Origin: the human T2T-CHM13v2.0 reference genome, Homo sapiens
Direction: 5' to 3' (one strand)
NCBI RefSeq assembly: GCF_009914755.1
Contig: NC_060948.1
Length of the DNA: 64,000 nucleotides
Shown here: positions 59,493 through 64,000 of the stretch, piece by piece
Position numbering within the stretch: position 1 is the first letter of the stretch
How the letters are laid out: the number at the start of each line of letters is the position of its first letter
Made by a program: the position numbers and the translations under genes
The notes under the pieces: generated by a model
Told to the model about the DNA's origin: nothing
The model's database searches: none
Seen by the model: only the letters and a program-made list of their open reading frames with translations

Positions 59493-61981
59493 TATAGAGT
59501 TATTCACTGGTATAATGTCAAAATTGTTGTCTGTCAGGGAATAGGGAGGCCTGAAAAGAGGGAGGGAGAAGGGGAAATGGCCAGTCAGTGGGTAGTCAAC
59601 AGAACACATACACCATTTATATATTAAGTTTGCTATTTTACATGGGTATGGTTTGTGGCATCCCAAAATAATTACAATAGTAATATCAAAAATCATTGAT
59701 TACGGATCACTACAACAGATATAAGAATAAGGAAAAAGTTTGAAATAATGTGAGAATTACAAATATGTGATGTAGACACAAAGTGAACATGTGCTGTTAA
59801 AAAAAAAAGGCACCAATAGACTTGCTTTATGCAAGGCAAAACTTCAATTTGTAAAAAACATGGTATCTATGAAGCACAATTAAGCGAAGCACAGTAAAAA
59901 GAGATGGTATTTATTTTCTATTTATTTTGCAAAACAATTCTGCCTGTTCTTAAATCATATAATATGTCCATCTCTAGAACCAAGTGGGGCTTGTGGCAAT
60001 TTTGGAGCAGCTTCCCAAAATAATCACATTTGAAGAGAAACTATATATTTGGAATTTTGCACAGGTTCTTTTGATATAATTAAACAATGAAAGTTCAAAA
60101 TTGAACCTTAATTATGTTAAGAAAATAAAATTTAGTTTCAGTGTTGCATGGCTTGCTCCTCAGTCCCCAAAAGCAAAGAATATAAGGCAGTCATTTCTGC
60201 CATCCTATCTAATGAATAACTTGGCAAATAGCTTCTTGATAACATAGCTACCATTTTAATCTGGTTGGAAAGTTTGAGGATAATTAAAATTTTTAGCTGA
60301 AACTCCTGCCTTGAATGAAAACCACCAGGCATTTTTATCCGTATTCCTATTTTGATAATCAAATCTTTGATGGTGAGCAGGTAAATATATTATTTGCATT
60401 TACCAAAAAACAAAACAAAACAGCACAAAGGCTTAAAAGTTTAGATGGCTTGCCTAAAGTTGCATAGGTAGTTAGTAAGTGACAATACCAAACTAATATG
60501 CCTTGTTATCTTGTGGCAATTACACTAAATTACACTCCACTCCATGTCTAAAAATTAGAAAGCAGAGATATAAACATCCATATCATTTATTTTAAAGTAC
60601 CGTTAATTGTTGTTTATTTATACGGTTTAATGATTTGGCTTCCCAGAATGCTGGGCTTTCTTAGCTTCCATCAGAGCACAAAGAAATCATGAACCACATC
60701 ATGCTCTGTTAACTTCAGGCCTAGTTGTTAGTACTAATAACATAAGATAATAATTGCAAATAAGTGTCATTTTTGTTTGTACTTTTATTGCATATCACTT
60801 CAGCCTTTATTTCCTACCATGCTCTATGTGAATTCTTCCAAAAGAAATTTTGTGTAATACATATTTAAAAATGCATCAAGGAAACACATTTTAAAAAACA
60901 ATGGCATTTCAGGAAATGACTAGAATTGTGCAAGTTACACTCATTATGGGCATGGCTTAATTTTTCATGCATCTGTCCAACTGCTGTTTCATTTTTTTTT
61001 GATGTTCCAATTGTACCAATCTGGACATATTTGAATAAATGTTCTAACTGTATTCTATTTGTTTAAATAAGGGGAAAAATTAGCATCTCTACCTGCCTGA
61101 TATTTCCTGTCTTTCTTCTTTATCTAGTTCAAACAAAGAAGATAAAAATTATAACTGTTTGAAAAAACAATGGAGACATTAACTGTGACATTTAAGGTAA
61201 AATAAACATCAATATTTAAAAGAAGAAAATAGTTCATACTATTTTGCACACCAATATTTCTGAATGTTTTAAACTTGAAAATTTAGGTAGCAAAGGTGGG
61301 CTTTATAAATAGTAAAAGAAGCAGTAATGATACAGTTATTTTTATAGAATATGACAGATTATTCAGAGATTTTTATGTTAATGCCCTTTATGTGGGTTGA
61401 AAATCATTGAATATCGTTGTTTTACTCAACTCAGGCTAAATTAGCACCATCTTCTTTAGGAGACCATGTCATAGCATGGCAGAAATTCACATTTAAAAAC
61501 TCAGGGACACTTCCCAAGGAAAAATTCTCGTCTTTTTTCTTTTGGGCAGGTATAGCTTTAGGCAAACCTGTAAAATCTGTAAAGCTCATATTTAGAGCTT
61601 GTTGTATCACCTTTTCTTATTTTTCTGGAATCCAAGGTGTTTGATCTGTCCTAGAAGAATTCTTTCATTATTTTTTTCTGTCTGAGGCCCTATATTACAT
61701 GGGAAGAGACAATTTTCAACCCAATAATTCTTCTTATCATCTAGGCTTGGGGTTTTGATTTAATATGGCTGAACTTTCATTTCCCAATTCACATTCTTGG
61801 TTAGAAAGCAATCTTTCTTACCACTTCCTCAAGTCTTTTGTTTATTTGTTTGTTTATTTATTCATTTATTAGTTTCTCCTTTACAGATAGGACTGGATTT
61901 TGAGGCTTCTAGCTTTATAACAATCTACCTCACCTGAGTAGGGACCCAAAATTGATGTATCTCCCTAAGCCATAAAATTCT

Positions 61982-62302
61982 GGCTTGGCGCAGTGGCCAA
62001 AGTCTATAATTCCAGCACTTTGGGAGACCAAGGCAGGAGAATCGCTTCAGCCCGGGAGTTTGAGACCAGCCTGGGGAATATGGTGAAACCCCATCTCTAC
62101 AAAAACATACAAAAAATTAGCTGAGCATGGTGATGTGTGCCTATAGTCCCAGCTATTCAGGAGACTGAGCTAGGAGGATCACTTGAGCGCAGGCAGAGTT
62201 TGCAGTGAACCATGATCACAGCACTGCACTACAGCTTGGGTGACAGAGTGATACCCTGTTTAAAACAAAAAAAAAAAAAAAAAAAAGAAAAGAAAGAAAA
62301 AA
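61982..62302 (+). mobile_element. AluJb-like SINE
   Basis: Alu dimer, long A-rich tail, near-TSD AAAATTCT/AAAATCCT. Confidence 0.9.
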
Positions 62303-62399
62303 AATCCTAGCTGACTGTTCTATGGTCTGTAGGTAGGTTTTATAGAGTGAAGGGCTAACATTCTTTTGGTTTTAGCTTACCATTCTCACTTTGTTATTA

Positions 62400-62580
62400 A
62401 TACTTCTTCATTCCTATTACCTTCTCCGTTCCTGCTTTCCTTTCCCCTTCGTTCTTTCCTCTTTCATTTTCTCTTTTCTTTCCCTTCTCCACTCCCTCTC
62501 CCCTTTCTTCTTCCTTTCCCCCTTTCTTCTTCTTTCCCCTATCCCTTCTTTTATTTTTCAATTTCTCCTTCCTTTCTTTT
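62400..62580 (+). repeat. CT-rich low-complexity polypyrimidine tract
   Basis: Nearly purine-free run of TTCC/TTTC/CCCT-like units. Confidence 0.85.
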
Positions 62581-62646
62581 AAATCTGCTATACATATTTT
62601 TTTAAATGATCATATTTCATCCAGCATTTCTGTGTGCTTCTAGTGG

Positions 62647-62647
<1 letters not shown>

Positions 62648-62678
<31 letters not shown>
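62648..62678 (+). repeat. (TG)n microsatellite
   Basis: Direct reading. Confidence 0.95.
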
Positions 62679-62679
<1 letters not shown>

Positions 62680-62843
62680 GGGTGGTGGTAATTGTGGGTC
62701 ATCATTAACTTCTTCTGGTATATAATTGAAAGTCTATTTGACTCCAAGTCAAATTTCATGTTTGTGTACCTAATTGACTCAGGGCTCTGCATTCTATGAA
62801 CATGTTAACTAACTTATATTTTCCCCATTTTAGAAAAGGGAAA

Positions 62844-62932
62844 ATGACATTTTAATCAGATTAAACATGTTTACCTATGTAACAAAGATGCGCTTGTACC
62901 CCTGAACCTAAAATAAAAGTAAAAAAAAATAA
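62844..62932 (+). mobile_element. Tiny older L1PA extreme 3' end
   Basis: GTTTACCTATGTAACAAA...TGTACCCCTGAACCTAAAATAAAAGT plus A tail; AAGGGAAAA on both sides. Confidence 0.75.
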
Positions 62933-63144
62933 AGAAGGGAAAAAATAACCTCATCTCCAAATTGAAAGCAAGGAATGACAAATGTTGGAAATTTCTTAGA
63001 GTGATGCAAGATGATGGAGAAGAAATTTGGGGGCAGGTGTATTTTTAATACTCTCTATATCTCAACTACTCTAGTTAAATGTGGGGCTAATGTGTTGGCC
63101 TAAAGGAATACGTTTATGACTGAAATATCTGAAAAGTTAAAATA

Positions 63145-63312
63145 TTTTATTGAGCCCTTAACATGTATTAAGAACTCTTAACAACAACCCCATAAAATAA
63201 ATTACCCCCATGTTAAAGTTGAGGAAATGGAGGTAATGAAGTATAATGTGCCAACAGTCACACAGGTAATAAATGGCTAAGCCAAGATCCAAACCTAGGC
63301 AATATAGCTCTG
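63145..63312 (-). mobile_element. MIR
   Basis: ACAACAACCCCAT...GAGGAAATGGAGG...GTCACACAGGTAATAAATGGC...CAAACCTAGGCA. Confidence 0.75.
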
Positions 63313-64000
63313 TTGTATTAATCAATATATTTAAATGACACTAAAGGCAAGAAAGATAAGTCAATAGAACAATTGATTCTATCATTTTCTTATATATAGG
63401 TCTGATGAAGCCTCTGTATTTTGTCAAAGGTCAAAAGTTTTATATGCTTAACAACAATAGCAATAAAAAGTAGATTGATAGTCATCATTTTCATAGCAGC
63501 TTGCCCTACCAGGGAAGAAAAAGGTGCTTTCTTCTAAGGAAAACATTATCAGGTAAGGACCTTAATTCAATAAATTGCTTGTTAATTCACAGACACCTGT
63601 CTTAGCAGCTGGCTAGAATACTGCTAGAACACTGAGACTGGATGATCCAGTATCTACATCTACCTTTGTGCATTTTTCTTTTACAGCATGGAAAGAAATG
63701 TTCAATTGCTTAGTTGTGTGAAGACATGAGGCCCCATCTTGATACTTTCTTTCCCTAATGAAACATTTCTTTTTTCAACAAAATTATTTTTTGGCTTAAA
63801 GAAGTAATTCCCATTTCTAGCTAGGCAGTCCCTATATGCCTTCATAAAGAAAGCATTGTTCGGCAACATACACCAATAAATAATACTAGACTTGAAAAAT
63901 TAGTTGTCTTGCTATTACTTCTTTTGTGTTTTCTTAAAAGTAATCTCACATATTTTTGGATGTTTACTTGGGAATACTGTGACACAAAGCCAGGTTAGGG

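Larger units (their letters stand above)
57219..59913 (-). mobile_element. Tigger1 DNA transposon (TcMar-Tigger), essentially full length
   Basis: Left TIR CAGGCATACCTC; right subterminal AAGCACAATTAAGCGAAGCACAGTAAAA with a decayed TIR; transposase remnant. Confidence 0.93.

Noticed and set aside
59340-59696. Possible domesticated TIGD1-like gene
   Set aside because: Transposase similarity is lost by frameshift after about 35 codons and the rest is riddled with stops; an ordinary Tigger1 fossil
62366-62605. Phe/Pro/Ser/Leu-rich ORFs
   Set aside because: Translation of a CT low-complexity tract
62851-62863. Palindrome TTAATC-A-GATTAA in a tiny L1 fragment
   Set aside because: 6-bp arms are too short to distinguish from chance in AT-rich DNA

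Overview
AT-rich primate (human-like) genomic DNA made almost entirely of layered transposon fossils. It holds L1s of many ages, including a full-length L1PA7-like copy at 36344-42860 (+) and a full-length L1PA15/16-like copy at 50516-57209 (-). It also holds Alu J/S/Y, MaLR and ERVL solo LTRs (MST, THE1, MLT1, MLT2, LTR33), MIRs and a full-length Tigger1. I see no intact protein-coding gene, RNA gene or array, and the supplied ORFs are broken L1, Alu, LTR or Tigger pieces or chance ORFs. I found no credible new biological system. The most interesting signals are structural scars readable against repeat consensus. They are a ~2.06-kb inversion (19351-21409) that splits an L1MC1 and an MLT2C LTR and has templated junction sequence, a twin-priming L1 inversion, several fold-back or locally templated insertions, L1-L1 chimeric junctions, and ~160-bp tandem monomers in an old L1 5'UTR. 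Subfamily names come from recalled consensus sequences and need RepeatMasker/Dfam confirmation.
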